Made by a program: the position numbers and the translations under genes
NCBI GenBank assembly: GCA_964403635.1
Contig: CAYOGW010000005.1
Coordinates: 6,289 to 46,356, forward strand
Source of the DNA: an uncultured Anaerolineaceae bacterium
GTDB taxonomy: Bacteria; Chloroflexota; Anaerolineae; Anaerolineales; Villigracilaceae
Direction of reading: 5' to 3'
DNA: 40,068 nt
Notes under the pieces: model-generated
The model's input: the letters and a program-made list of their open reading frames with translations, nothing else
Database searches by the model: none
Told to the model about the DNA's origin: nothing
Shown: positions 25,285 to 34,158 of the stretch, in pieces
Position numbering within the stretch: position 1 is the first letter of the stretch
How the letters are laid out: every line of letters starts with the position of its first letter

Positions 25285-26724
25285 GTGGCATCTCAGAAAA
25301 AATCGTTAGGCGGTTTAAAACCCATTCCCAAAAGTGACCTTTCTTTACCCGCGCCATTTATTGTGCTTTTTTTAGTTTGGGGGGTTGCGTTTGCTTTATT
25401 GGCTTCCCCTTTGGTTGCCAGCATGAGCACTGTAGAAAAAATTATTGTATTAGCAATTCCCGCCGTTTTATCTGTTTTGGTAGTGTTGTTAGACATTGAG
25501 CATGGCATGACGTTTTGGGTATTAGGGTTAACGCTGCTGGTAACCCAAACTGGTTTTCAATTAGATATTTCTACTTTAAGAACCAGCGCTTTAGAATTAA
25601 TGACTATTTTGCTAATGGTCATTTTATTTTTTGACCGCACGGGTTTGTTTAAGCGCGTTTGGGCGTTGTTTCCGGGGCGTGTACCGGTTACTTTATTTGC
25701 GTTGTTTTCATTATTAATGTTATTTGTTGGGGTTATTCAAGGCGACAATTTATTACAAGCTCTTTCTCAATTAAAAGGATTTTTAATTTACCCGTTAATG
25801 GGAATTTTGCTGGCGGCGGGCATTCGGTCTACCGCTATGTTGCGCTGGGTCATTGGCATTGTTTTGGCTTGGTATGTTTTAGTGGCTGGCTGGGGCATTC
25901 TTCAATTTGTTCAGGGACAAAATATGTTGGCTCAAGACTATTTGTTCCGTGCATCTGGCGAATATGCCCCGATTAATATTTATGGTATTACTTTAATGGC
26001 TTGTGCATTATTGTTAGCGGGCATTGTCATCAGTACGCGCGGATTTCGCAGCCGTGTGCTGGGCAGTGGATTAATGATTTGGCTCATTATTGGCATGCTG
26101 GTTTCTGTTTCTCGCTCGGCTTTGCTTGGCTTGGTAATTGGCTTAATTGTCTTGTTTTTAGAAAGAAAAAGCCTTCGTATGATTATTGTTGGCTTGATAT
26201 TGGTGGGTCTCGCCGCTTGGGCGCTTTCAGACCTGCTTCCGCACGAAATCACCAACCGTTTATTTCAACTATCCGATTCATCCACTGTCCGGCGCGAATT
26301 CTACCTAGAATCAGGTTGGCAAGCTTTGCTCACTTTTTGGGCGTACGGCGGCGGCTGGGGCAATGGCTATTGGTATGTTTCTAACGCGGGCTTGGTGAAA
26401 TCTGGTTTTATGCCTTGGTATCACAATGATTTTTTAAACCTAGCGGTTCAAATTGGCGTTTTTGGCGCTTTTTTATATATCCTTTTTTGGGGGCGGGTCG
26501 TTCAAACCGGTTGGCTTTGGCTGCGCACCTACGCCACTAGTCAGCCAGAACTAGTTCCATTTGCGCGCGGCGCGCTGGCCGCGTTAATCGGCTTGCTGGT
26601 GGCCGCGGTTTTTGAACATGTTTTATGGCGCCCAGATATTGCCGGTTTGGTGGGTTGGATGCTCGGCATTTTAATTGCCATAATCACTTTGCAAAAACGC
26701 TTTGCTGAAGATACACCCGCATGA
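25285..26724 (+). CDS. Wzy_C / O-antigen ligase family polytopic membrane protein (polymerase, WaaL-like ligase or O-oligosaccharyltransferase)
   Basis: About 11 predicted TM helices. 'SVSRSALLGLVIGLIVLF' and 'WYHNDFLNLAVQIGVFGAF' resemble the Wzy_C loop/helix motifs with conserved R and H. GTG start with SD 'aggagt'. Confidence 0.65.
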   Translation: MASQKKSLGGLKPIPKSDLSLPAPFIVLFLVWGVAFALLASPLVASMSTVEKIIVLAIPAVLSVLVVLLDIEHGMTFWVLGLTLLVTQTGFQLDISTLRTSALELMTILLMVILFFDRTGLFKRVWALFPGRVPVTLFALFSLLMLFVGVIQGDNLLQALSQLKGFLIYPLMGILLAAGIRSTAMLRWVIGIVLAWYVLVAGWGILQFVQGQNMLAQDYLFRASGEYAPINIYGITLMACALLLAGIVISTRGFRSRVLGSGLMIWLIIGMLVSVSRSALLGLVIGLIVLFLERKSLRMIIVGLILVGLAAWALSDLLPHEITNRLFQLSDSSTVRREFYLESGWQALLTFWAYGGGWGNGYWYVSNAGLVKSGFMPWYHNDFLNLAVQIGVFGAFLYILFWGRVVQTGWLWLRTYATSQPELVPFARGALAALIGLLVAAVFEHVLWRPDIAGLVGWMLGILIAIITLQKRFAEDTPA

Positions 26725-27869
26725 AAAAAATTGTTTTTATCGATGAGACAGCAGAAATTGGCGGAGCAGAAATTAATTTATTGTTGCTTGCCGAACAATT
26801 AAACCAATTAAACTGGGATATAGAAGTCTGGCTGCCTAAGCTTGGACCTTTAGTGCAAAAACTAGAAGCGCGCTCTATCCCCGTTAAAATCATCCCTGCT
26901 TTTCGGTGGTTTTCTGTTTCATTTTATCTATTCGGCAAAAAAATAATTAACCCAGCCGCGCTGATTGTTAATTTGATCAGCGGTTTAATTTGGAGTTATC
27001 GATTACGAACAGCTTTAAAAGAAACCCGCCCTCAGGTTGTACAAACGGTCAGTTTATGGGGGCACGCTTGGGGTGGGTTCGCCGCCCGTTCCTTCAATAT
27101 CCCGCATGTGGCTCATTTTCAAGATATCGTTTCGAAAGGGCTGTTTCAATTTTTGGTTAATCAATGGGGCAATTCCATCCCCACTAAAATTATTTGCATC
27201 TCTAAACCGGTAGCCAAGCAATTTAATTTAAATGCATCAAAGAAATTAATCACACTACCCAATATCGTTGATATTAATAAATTTACCCCAGCAACAAACA
27301 AGCCAAAAAACAATATTTTAACCATTGGCACAGTGGCGCGCATCACCCGCTGGAAAGGGCAAGACCAAGCCTTAAAAGTAGCCGCCCTGCTTAAGCAAGA
27401 GAACATTCCATTTCAATGGTGGTTTATTGGCAGCGCGGCGCTCGGCTCAGAAGACTTTTTTGAAGAATTAAAGGATTTCATTAATAAGCATCAATTAACC
27501 GAAGTGGTTACACTGGCGGGCTGGCACGAAAACATGCCCGCCTTTTACCAAAGCCTCGATCTGCTGGTTCATTTGCCAACTGAAACAGAGCCTTTTGGGC
27601 TGGTATTAGCGGAAGGTTTAGCCAGTGGTCTTTCGGTGATTGCCACCGAAGGCGGCGGCGCAGATGAATTGGTGCGGGCGGGCGGCGGTTTTTTAGTTTC
27701 CAAAACCAACCCCGTTGTAGAAGCCCGCAATAGAGTGGTTGACCTTTGGCAAAACCCATCCCTCTTAAGCCAAAGCAAGCAAGAAGCCCGCCGTATAGCA
27801 GAAAATCTATTTAGCCTTTCGGTTTACATTTTTAATTGGCAAACCATTTATAAGGAGTTAGGCGCATGA
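26721..27869 (+). CDS. GT4-family glycosyltransferase
   Basis: 'MKKIVFIDETAEIGGAEINLLLLAEQL' and 'EPFGLVLAEGLASGLSVIATEGGGADELV'. Confidence 0.8.
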   Translation: MKKIVFIDETAEIGGAEINLLLLAEQLNQLNWDIEVWLPKLGPLVQKLEARSIPVKIIPAFRWFSVSFYLFGKKIINPAALIVNLISGLIWSYRLRTALKETRPQVVQTVSLWGHAWGGFAARSFNIPHVAHFQDIVSKGLFQFLVNQWGNSIPTKIICISKPVAKQFNLNASKKLITLPNIVDINKFTPATNKPKNNILTIGTVARITRWKGQDQALKVAALLKQENIPFQWWFIGSAALGSEDFFEELKDFINKHQLTEVVTLAGWHENMPAFYQSLDLLVHLPTETEPFGLVLAEGLASGLSVIATEGGGADELVRAGGGFLVSKTNPVVEARNRVVDLWQNPSLLSQSKQEARRIAENLFSLSVYIFNWQTIYKELGA

Positions 27870-28681
27870 GCAGACAAAAAATATCGGTCATTGTGCCAAC
27901 CGGCAACCGCATGGATACCCTAGAAGATTGTTTAAACAGTGTTCATTGGGCAGATGAAATACTGGTCATCGATTCGTATTCAACAGACGGTTCTTTTAAA
28001 TTGGCAGAAAAACTTGCCACCAAAGTGATAAAACACGAATATGGCTTTTCTGCTTTGCAAAAAAACTGGGCTATTCCACAAGCCGCTCACCAATGGGTTT
28101 TATTGCTGGATACCGATGAACGTGTGACCGAAACCCTTAAACAAGAAATTTTGACCATTCTAGAAAAAAACCCGCCGCTGGCTGGCTATAAAATTGCCCG
28201 TGTTAATTATTTGTTTGGTAAAAAAGTAAGCCACGCGGGCTACTTTCCAGATTATCAAGTGCGGTTGTTTCGGCGAGATTTAGCCAAGTATGAGCTTCGC
28301 CAAGTGCACGCCCATATGATAGTAGAAGGCGACTGCGGCGCCTTAAATGCTCCGCTGGTTCATTATGCTCACCGCAGCTTAAACCAAACTTTGCAAAATT
28401 TATTAATCCAAATGACCACCTGGGAAGCCGAAGAACGGGCAAAAAAGCCCGTTCGTTTCTTGGCTTTCCATTTAATTTTTAGACCCATCGCCGCCTTTTT
28501 GTTGCGTTATTTTTGGCAAGGCGGCTGGCGCAGCGGATTTCACGGTTTCGTTGTGAGCTTACTGTGGGCGATGTATGTTTGTATTACCTACCTAAAAATT
28601 TGGGAAAGCCAATTAAATTTAGCGCCTAATTGGTGGCAAGCCCACTGGCAGCAGCCGCAGGTTCAACATGACGGCGGATAA
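27866..28681 (+). CDS. GT2-family glycosyltransferase
   Basis: 'ISVIVPTGNRMDTLEDCLNSV' and the 'LLDTDE' DxD motif. Hydrophobic C-terminal region. Confidence 0.75.
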   Translation: MSRQKISVIVPTGNRMDTLEDCLNSVHWADEILVIDSYSTDGSFKLAEKLATKVIKHEYGFSALQKNWAIPQAAHQWVLLLDTDERVTETLKQEILTILEKNPPLAGYKIARVNYLFGKKVSHAGYFPDYQVRLFRRDLAKYELRQVHAHMIVEGDCGALNAPLVHYAHRSLNQTLQNLLIQMTTWEAEERAKKPVRFLAFHLIFRPIAAFLLRYFWQGGWRSGFHGFVVSLLWAMYVCITYLKIWESQLNLAPNWWQAHWQQPQVQHDGG

Positions 28682-29666
28682 ACCTCGTTTATTATTCCTT
28701 CACAACGGGCAAGAACGATTTGTACAACAGGATTTACAGTTGCTGCAAAGCGATTTTCAAGTCACCGATTTTTACATGCCTAACAAATTCCCACAAAACG
28801 GGTTTAAACTCTGGCAGGCTATTCAGGCTGCCGATGTGATTTTTATTTGGTTCGCCAGTTGGAATGCCTTTTGGGCTATCCAAATCGCAAATTTATTCAA
28901 TAAAAAATCGGTCTTGGTAGTTGGCGGTTACGACACAGCCAACCTGCCAATTGCCAACTATGGCAGCCAGCGCGGCGGGCTGACAAAATGGATGAGCCAA
29001 AACACCATGAAAACAGCCGATTTAATTTTGCCATTTTCAGAATATAGCCGTAGCGAAGCCCACACCCAAGCTGAGATTAATTTACAAAAAATGCATACCG
29101 TTTACCTAGGCGTGCCCGACCTTTTTGCTGATTCGCAAAACTTCTCTAAAAACGGTTCGGTATTAACCGTTGGCAATGTAGAATGGGCCAACCTACAACG
29201 CAAAGGGTTAGAACCATTTGTACAAACAGCCAGCCGATTACCAGAAACCAATTTCATCTTAATTGGCGCGTGGCGAGACGATTCGATTAATTATTTAAAA
29301 AAAATTGCCACCCCCAATGTTACGTTTACTGGGAAATTAAGCGATACTGAATTAATAAATTACTATCGCGAAGCCAGCGTTTATGTGCAAGCCTCGCTGC
29401 ACGAGGGCTTTGGCTTAAGCGTTGCAGAAGCCATGCTGGCAGAATGTGTACCCGTGGTAACCAAAGTTGGCTCGCTGCCAGAAGTAGTTGGCGAATGCGG
29501 AATTTATGCAGACTCACCCGAGCCTGCCCACCTCGCCACAAGCATTCAACAAGCTTTTAACGCTCAACCCGAACAAGGGAAAAAAGCCCGTCAAAGGATA
29601 TTAATTAAATTCCCACCAGAAAACCGTCAAAAAGCGCTCAGTGATTTCATTAAGGGGCTGCTATGA
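28668..29666 (+). CDS. GT4-family glycosyltransferase (short N-domain)
   Basis: 'EGFGLSVAEAMLAECVPVVTKVGSLPEVV' and 'FILIGAWRDDS'. Overlaps the previous gene by 14 nt. Confidence 0.7.
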   Translation: MTADKPRLLFLHNGQERFVQQDLQLLQSDFQVTDFYMPNKFPQNGFKLWQAIQAADVIFIWFASWNAFWAIQIANLFNKKSVLVVGGYDTANLPIANYGSQRGGLTKWMSQNTMKTADLILPFSEYSRSEAHTQAEINLQKMHTVYLGVPDLFADSQNFSKNGSVLTVGNVEWANLQRKGLEPFVQTASRLPETNFILIGAWRDDSINYLKKIATPNVTFTGKLSDTELINYYREASVYVQASLHEGFGLSVAEAMLAECVPVVTKVGSLPEVVGECGIYADSPEPAHLATSIQQAFNAQPEQGKKARQRILIKFPPENRQKALSDFIKGLL

Positions 29667-30715
29667 AAACCAAACAACCGTTAGTCAGCATTGTCATCCC
29701 CATCCGCAATGGAGAGAAACATATCGGCGAAACCCTGCGAGCCATTTGCAGCCAAGATTACCCGCTTAAGCGGATGGAAGTTTTGGTTGTAGACGGCCTG
29801 TCTACCGATGGAACACGCATAGTGGTAGAACAAACTGCCAGCCAAAATCCGAACTTATTAATTAAATTTTTAATTAATCAAAAACAAATAACCCCCTGTG
29901 CATTAAATATTGGCATTTTACAATCGCATGGCGATTTCATCCTGCGGGTTGATAGCCGCACCCAAATTGCGGTGGATTATGTTTCGGCATGTGTGGCGGC
30001 TCATTTGCGCAGCGGCGCAGAAAATGTGGGCGGGCCGCTCACTTCACAAGGGTTAACCTTGTTCGGAAAAGCCTCGGCGTTGGCAACCAGTGACCGTTTT
30101 GGAGTTGGCAATGCACTCCACCATTATGCAAAAGAAGATGTGTGGGCAGATACGGTTTACATGGGTGCTTGGCCGCGCACCGTTTTTGAAAAAATAGGGC
30201 TTTTTGACGAGGAACAAGTGCGCAACCAAGACGATGAATTTAATTATCGTCTGCAAGCCGCGGGCGGGCGTATTTTGGTTTCACCCCTCATTAAATTAAT
30301 GTACACCGTTCGAACCGATTCTCCTGCTCAACTGTGGCAGCAATTTTATGAATATGGCTTTTGGAAAGTGCGCGTTTGGCAAAAACACCCAAGCCAAATT
30401 CGCCCCCGCCAATTCATTCCTCCGCTATTTGTTTTTTGTCTTTTCATCGGCTTAATCATTAGCCTTCTATATCCAATAGCTTGGTTTTTATGGCTGCCCG
30501 TTTTCTCTCTTTACCTTATTCTTAATTTATTTTCATCCATTGCCATTGCACACCAAACCAACTGGAACGTACTGCCAGTATTACCCATTGCCTTTGCCAT
30601 GCTGCACTTTGGCTATGGCTCAGGGCTGCTGTGGGGGTTAATTAAATTTGCAAACCACTGGCAAGACCGCCAAGGAATTATTCCCAGCCTCCCCAAAAAA
30701 GAAGCCCATGAATAA
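29663..30715 (+). CDS. GT2 polyprenyl-phosphate glycosyltransferase, GtrB/ArnC-like, with C-terminal TM helices
   Basis: 'VSIVIPIRNGEKHI...VVDGLSTDGT' and 'DDEFNYRL' fit a GT-A domain. Two C-terminal TM helices ('FIPPLFVFCLFIGLIISLLYPIAWFLWLPVFSLYLILNLFS') are characteristic of GtrB-type enzymes. Confidence 0.7.
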   Translation: MKTKQPLVSIVIPIRNGEKHIGETLRAICSQDYPLKRMEVLVVDGLSTDGTRIVVEQTASQNPNLLIKFLINQKQITPCALNIGILQSHGDFILRVDSRTQIAVDYVSACVAAHLRSGAENVGGPLTSQGLTLFGKASALATSDRFGVGNALHHYAKEDVWADTVYMGAWPRTVFEKIGLFDEEQVRNQDDEFNYRLQAAGGRILVSPLIKLMYTVRTDSPAQLWQQFYEYGFWKVRVWQKHPSQIRPRQFIPPLFVFCLFIGLIISLLYPIAWFLWLPVFSLYLILNLFSSIAIAHQTNWNVLPVLPIAFAMLHFGYGSGLLWGLIKFANHWQDRQGIIPSLPKKEAHE

Positions 30716-31412
30716 CGACTTCGAACGACTACAAAAAGAATACCTAGCGCGAGAAAATCGCTTTGCAAACGACTCTCGATATTCACCTTTTAATCAAGAA
30801 TATTTGTTTACAAAGAGCCAACTTAATCGCCATCTCTTAAACATGCTCTCCAAACACGGGGTTCAAAACCTCGGCACTTCTAAAATTTTAGAAGTAGGCT
30901 GCGGAACCGGCGGCGTTTTAGTAGATTATTTAAGCTATGGAGCATCAGCCAATCACATTCACGGGGTAGATGTACTGCCCCACCGGCTGACCCAAGCCCG
31001 CAGCCGCCTTCCGTTTTTACAAATATCCCAAGCGGATGGTATCGCCCTGCCATTCGCTGCCGAACAGTTTGATATTGTCTGCCAATACACCATGTTTTCA
31101 TCCATTTTAGACGAATCCATTAAACAAAAAATTGCCCAAGAAATGCTCAGAGTGCTTAAAACAAACGGCATCTTAATTTGGTACGACTTCTGGTGGAACC
31201 CAACCAACCCAGCCACAAAAGGCATTCGCCAATTAGAAATTAAACTGTTATTTGCACCATTTAAAACATCCATCCAGCGGGTTACCTTAGCGCCGCCCAT
31301 CGCAAGGAAAACCGTGCCATTCTCTTGGGGCTTCTCGCTCATGCTAGAAAACCTGAAAATCTTCAACAGCCATCTTTTAGTGGTTATCCGCAAGGATTCT
31401 GCAATTGATTAG
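30706..31412 (+). CDS. Class I SAM-dependent methyltransferase
   Basis: 'ILEVGCGTGGVLVDYL' motif I and 'LKTNGILIWYDF' post-I. Start 30706 (MNNDFERLQ) overlaps the previous stop by 10 nt; the ORF track's GTG 30648 lies deeper inside the upstream gene. Confidence 0.7.
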
Positions 31413-31482
31413 CCCGATGTTGCAATGTTCTTATACGCATTGAATTGGCATAATGGGGCTACTCTATAAAGGAAAGACGCTT

Positions 31483-32994
31483 ATGAAAAGTTTACCCATT
31501 ACACGCCCAATTATCCAAATTGAAGAAAACGCCGGCCTGCAAAAATGGATTAATGTTGTCCTTAAACGCAGTTTCGATATCTTTGCTTCTCTGTTTGGGC
31601 TTTTGCTTCTTGCTCCATTTTTTGTATTAATTGGCTTCTTTATAAAACGCGAATCTCCCGGCCCGGTCTTCTTTAAAGGGCCTCGCATGGGCAAAAACCA
31701 ATCTATTTTTTACATTTGGAAATTCCGCACCATGTACGAAAGAGTAGAAAGTTATGAAGGGCCTTCCATCACAGCCAAAGGAGATGCCCGTATCACACCC
31801 CTTGGTCACTGGTTACGATTAACAAAAATAAACGAATTACCTCAATTAATTAATGTTTTGTTTGGGGAAATGAGTTTGGTTGGGCCTCGCCCTGAAGTGC
31901 CAGAAATTGCCCAAGACTGGCCCAAAGACGCCAAGCGAGAAGTGCTTTCCGTTCAACCTGGCATTACCAGCCCCGCTTCTATTCTCTATCGAGATGAAGA
32001 AGCTATGTTAATTGGCAATAACAGCATGGATGATTACCTGCGAAAAATATTGCCAGATAAACTTCGCCTCGACCAGCTTTATGTTCGCAATCACACCTTC
32101 TTATCCGATTTAGATGTCATTTTGATGACATTAATCGTGCTGCTGCCAACTGTTCGCAACACACCCATTCCTGAAGCGCGCTTATACGTTGGTCCACTTT
32201 CTATCTTTACCCACCGCATCTGGAATTGGTTTGTCATTGACAGCTTAATTGCTTTTACTGCCATCGCCGCCGCAGGTATTTTGTGGCGCACAGGCGGCCC
32301 GCTAGAACTAGGCGTTGATGTAGCCCTATTGGTGGGGTTAATCATGGCATTAATATTCAGCCTATCAAATTATCTCTTAGGCCTGCATCGTGTCGCTTGG
32401 AGATACGCCCCACCGGCTCTGGCGATTGACTTGGCATTTTCTGGCTTCTTAGCCACCCTAAGCATTGTTGCAGTTAATTTCTCGTGGCCTGGGCAGCAAC
32501 TGCCACTAGGAATGCTTTTATTTTCTGGCTTTTTCACCTTTATCGGTTTTACAGCCGCCCGCTACCGCGAGCGCCTTCTTATGGGCTTGGCCTCCCGCTG
32601 GGTATACCACCGTAACCGCTTTAGCCCGATTGGCGAACGTGTCTTAATTGTTGGCGCCGGTGAATATGGTCAAATGGCCGCTTGGCTTATGCAAAAAAGC
32701 GCCTTCGCTTCGGCTTATGTAATTTTAGGCATGGTCGACGATGACATTCACAAACAAGGCATGTTAATTGACGGTTACCCGGTAGTTTGCGGCTCACGAG
32801 AATTAGCCCGCATGGTTAAAGACAAAGATGTAGGTTTAATTTTATTTGCCATCTCAAACATTAATCCGCGAGAACGAGAGCGAATTTTAAACATCTGCCG
32901 CAAAACCAACGCAAGGGTTGTCATCATGCCCGATATTTTGCAAATTTTACACACCCAATTAGCACAAGAGACTCCTTACCAAACCTATGCCTAA
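31483..32994 (+). CDS. Polyprenyl-phosphate phosphoglycosyl transferase (bacterial sugar transferase family) with atypical order: catalytic domain, then 4 TM, then Rossmann-like domain
   Basis: N-terminal 'KRSFDIFASLFGLLLLAPFFVLIGFFIKRESPGPVFFKGPRMG...FYIWKFRTM...NELPQLINVLFGEMSLVGPRPEVPE' is the PGT catalytic core. Four TM helices then follow, then 'LIVGAGEYGQMAAWLM...ILGMVDDD', which resembles the cytoplasmic Rossmann-like domain of WbaP/PglF-type proteins. SD 'ggaaag' before ATG 31483. Confidence 0.75.
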   Translation: MKSLPITRPIIQIEENAGLQKWINVVLKRSFDIFASLFGLLLLAPFFVLIGFFIKRESPGPVFFKGPRMGKNQSIFYIWKFRTMYERVESYEGPSITAKGDARITPLGHWLRLTKINELPQLINVLFGEMSLVGPRPEVPEIAQDWPKDAKREVLSVQPGITSPASILYRDEEAMLIGNNSMDDYLRKILPDKLRLDQLYVRNHTFLSDLDVILMTLIVLLPTVRNTPIPEARLYVGPLSIFTHRIWNWFVIDSLIAFTAIAAAGILWRTGGPLELGVDVALLVGLIMALIFSLSNYLLGLHRVAWRYAPPALAIDLAFSGFLATLSIVAVNFSWPGQQLPLGMLLFSGFFTFIGFTAARYRERLLMGLASRWVYHRNRFSPIGERVLIVGAGEYGQMAAWLMQKSAFASAYVILGMVDDDIHKQGMLIDGYPVVCGSRELARMVKDKDVGLILFAISNINPRERERILNICRKTNARVVIMPDILQILHTQLAQETPYQTYA

Positions 32995-34150
32995 CCCATC
33001 TGCATCATCCCCCCAATGGCGGGTACCGCTCGCCGAAGTAGACTTTGGTCCCGAAGAACCCGCTGCTGTTTTAGCCGTTTTAAAGAGCCGTTGGCTTAGC
33101 ATGGGTGCTGTTACTAAAGCCTTCGAAGATGAGTTCGCAGCCTTTTGCGGTGCAAAACACGCTTTTGCCCTCACCAATGCCACAGCCGCCCTGCATCTCT
33201 CTTGCTTGGCAGCTGGCGTAGGCAGCGGAGATGAAGTCATTCTCCCGAGTCTTACCTTTGTTGCCACTGCCAACGCTATTCGATACACTGGCGCAAAACC
33301 GGTTTTCGCAGATGTGAACAGCTTAAACGACTGGACATTATCACCTGAAGCAGCAGAAGCCTTAATTACCCCCCGTACGCGTGCCATCATGCTCATGCAC
33401 TACGCGGGTTACGCATGCAATATCTCTGCTTTTCAAGCGCTTGCCGAGAAGCACAATTTAATTTTATTAGAAGATGCAGCCCATGCTGTAGGCGGCACCC
33501 TCAACAATCAGCATCTTGGAACGTTTGGACAAAGCGGCAGTTATAGCTTCTTTCCGAACAAAAATATGACCACCGCCGAAGGCGGCATGTTGGTTACCAA
33601 CGATGATGCCATCGCCGAAAAATTTCGCATCCTGCGCTCGCACGGCATGACCAGCCTAACCTGGGACCGCCACCGCGGTCACGCTTTCAGTTACGATGTT
33701 GTTGATTTAGGTTATAACTACCGAATGGATGAGTTAAGGTCTGCCTTAGGGCGGGTTCAACTTAACAGAATAACAGCAGGCAACCAAAAGCGCCGCCAGC
33801 TCACCGAGCAATATCGCAGCCAATTAAATGGTCTACAAATTCCATTTGATCATCACACCGGTACATCGGCCTGCCATATATTGCCCGCTTTATTACCCGA
33901 AGGCGTTAACCGAAATCGATTTATGGAAGTGATGAAAGAAAACGGGATTCAAACCAGCATTCACTACCCGCCCATCCATACATTTAGTGAATTTAACAGG
34001 CAGACTCCCGAAGGCCGCCTACCCATTACCGAAGCCATTGGCCAGCGAGAAGTAACCCTGCCGCTCTTCCCCGCCATGAGCGCAGAACAATTAAACTGGG
34101 TTATCTCAGCGGCGAAAGACGCGTTAGAAACTTGTTTGCAAGAAGGATAA
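32987..34150 (+). CDS. DegT/DnrJ/EryC1/StrS-family PLP-dependent sugar aminotransferase
   Basis: 'DEVILPSLTFVATANAIRYTGAKPVFADV', 'LEDAAHAVGG' and 'SFFPNKNMTTAEGGM' (PLP-lysine region, aligned by context). Confidence 0.85.
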   Translation: MPNPSASSPQWRVPLAEVDFGPEEPAAVLAVLKSRWLSMGAVTKAFEDEFAAFCGAKHAFALTNATAALHLSCLAAGVGSGDEVILPSLTFVATANAIRYTGAKPVFADVNSLNDWTLSPEAAEALITPRTRAIMLMHYAGYACNISAFQALAEKHNLILLEDAAHAVGGTLNNQHLGTFGQSGSYSFFPNKNMTTAEGGMLVTNDDAIAEKFRILRSHGMTSLTWDRHRGHAFSYDVVDLGYNYRMDELRSALGRVQLNRITAGNQKRRQLTEQYRSQLNGLQIPFDHHTGTSACHILPALLPEGVNRNRFMEVMKENGIQTSIHYPPIHTFSEFNRQTPEGRLPITEAIGQREVTLPLFPAMSAEQLNWVISAAKDALETCLQEG

Positions 34151-34158
34151 TGAATTAA

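Noticed and set aside
30959-31393. 144-aa minus-strand ORF
   Set aside because: It is antisense to the second methyltransferase gene, which has clear SAM-binding motifs.
31420-31454. Possible sigma70 promoter ('ttgcaa' ... 'cataat') ahead of the PGT gene
   Set aside because: Spacing between the candidate -35 and -10 hexamers is 23 nt (or 3 nt for the alternative 'ttgaat'), which is not a credible promoter geometry. An internal promoter in this 70-nt gap remains possible but unsupported.
32959-33396. 145-aa minus-strand ORF
   Set aside because: It is antisense to the DegT aminotransferase N-terminus, with biased Ala/Ser-rich composition and no motifs.
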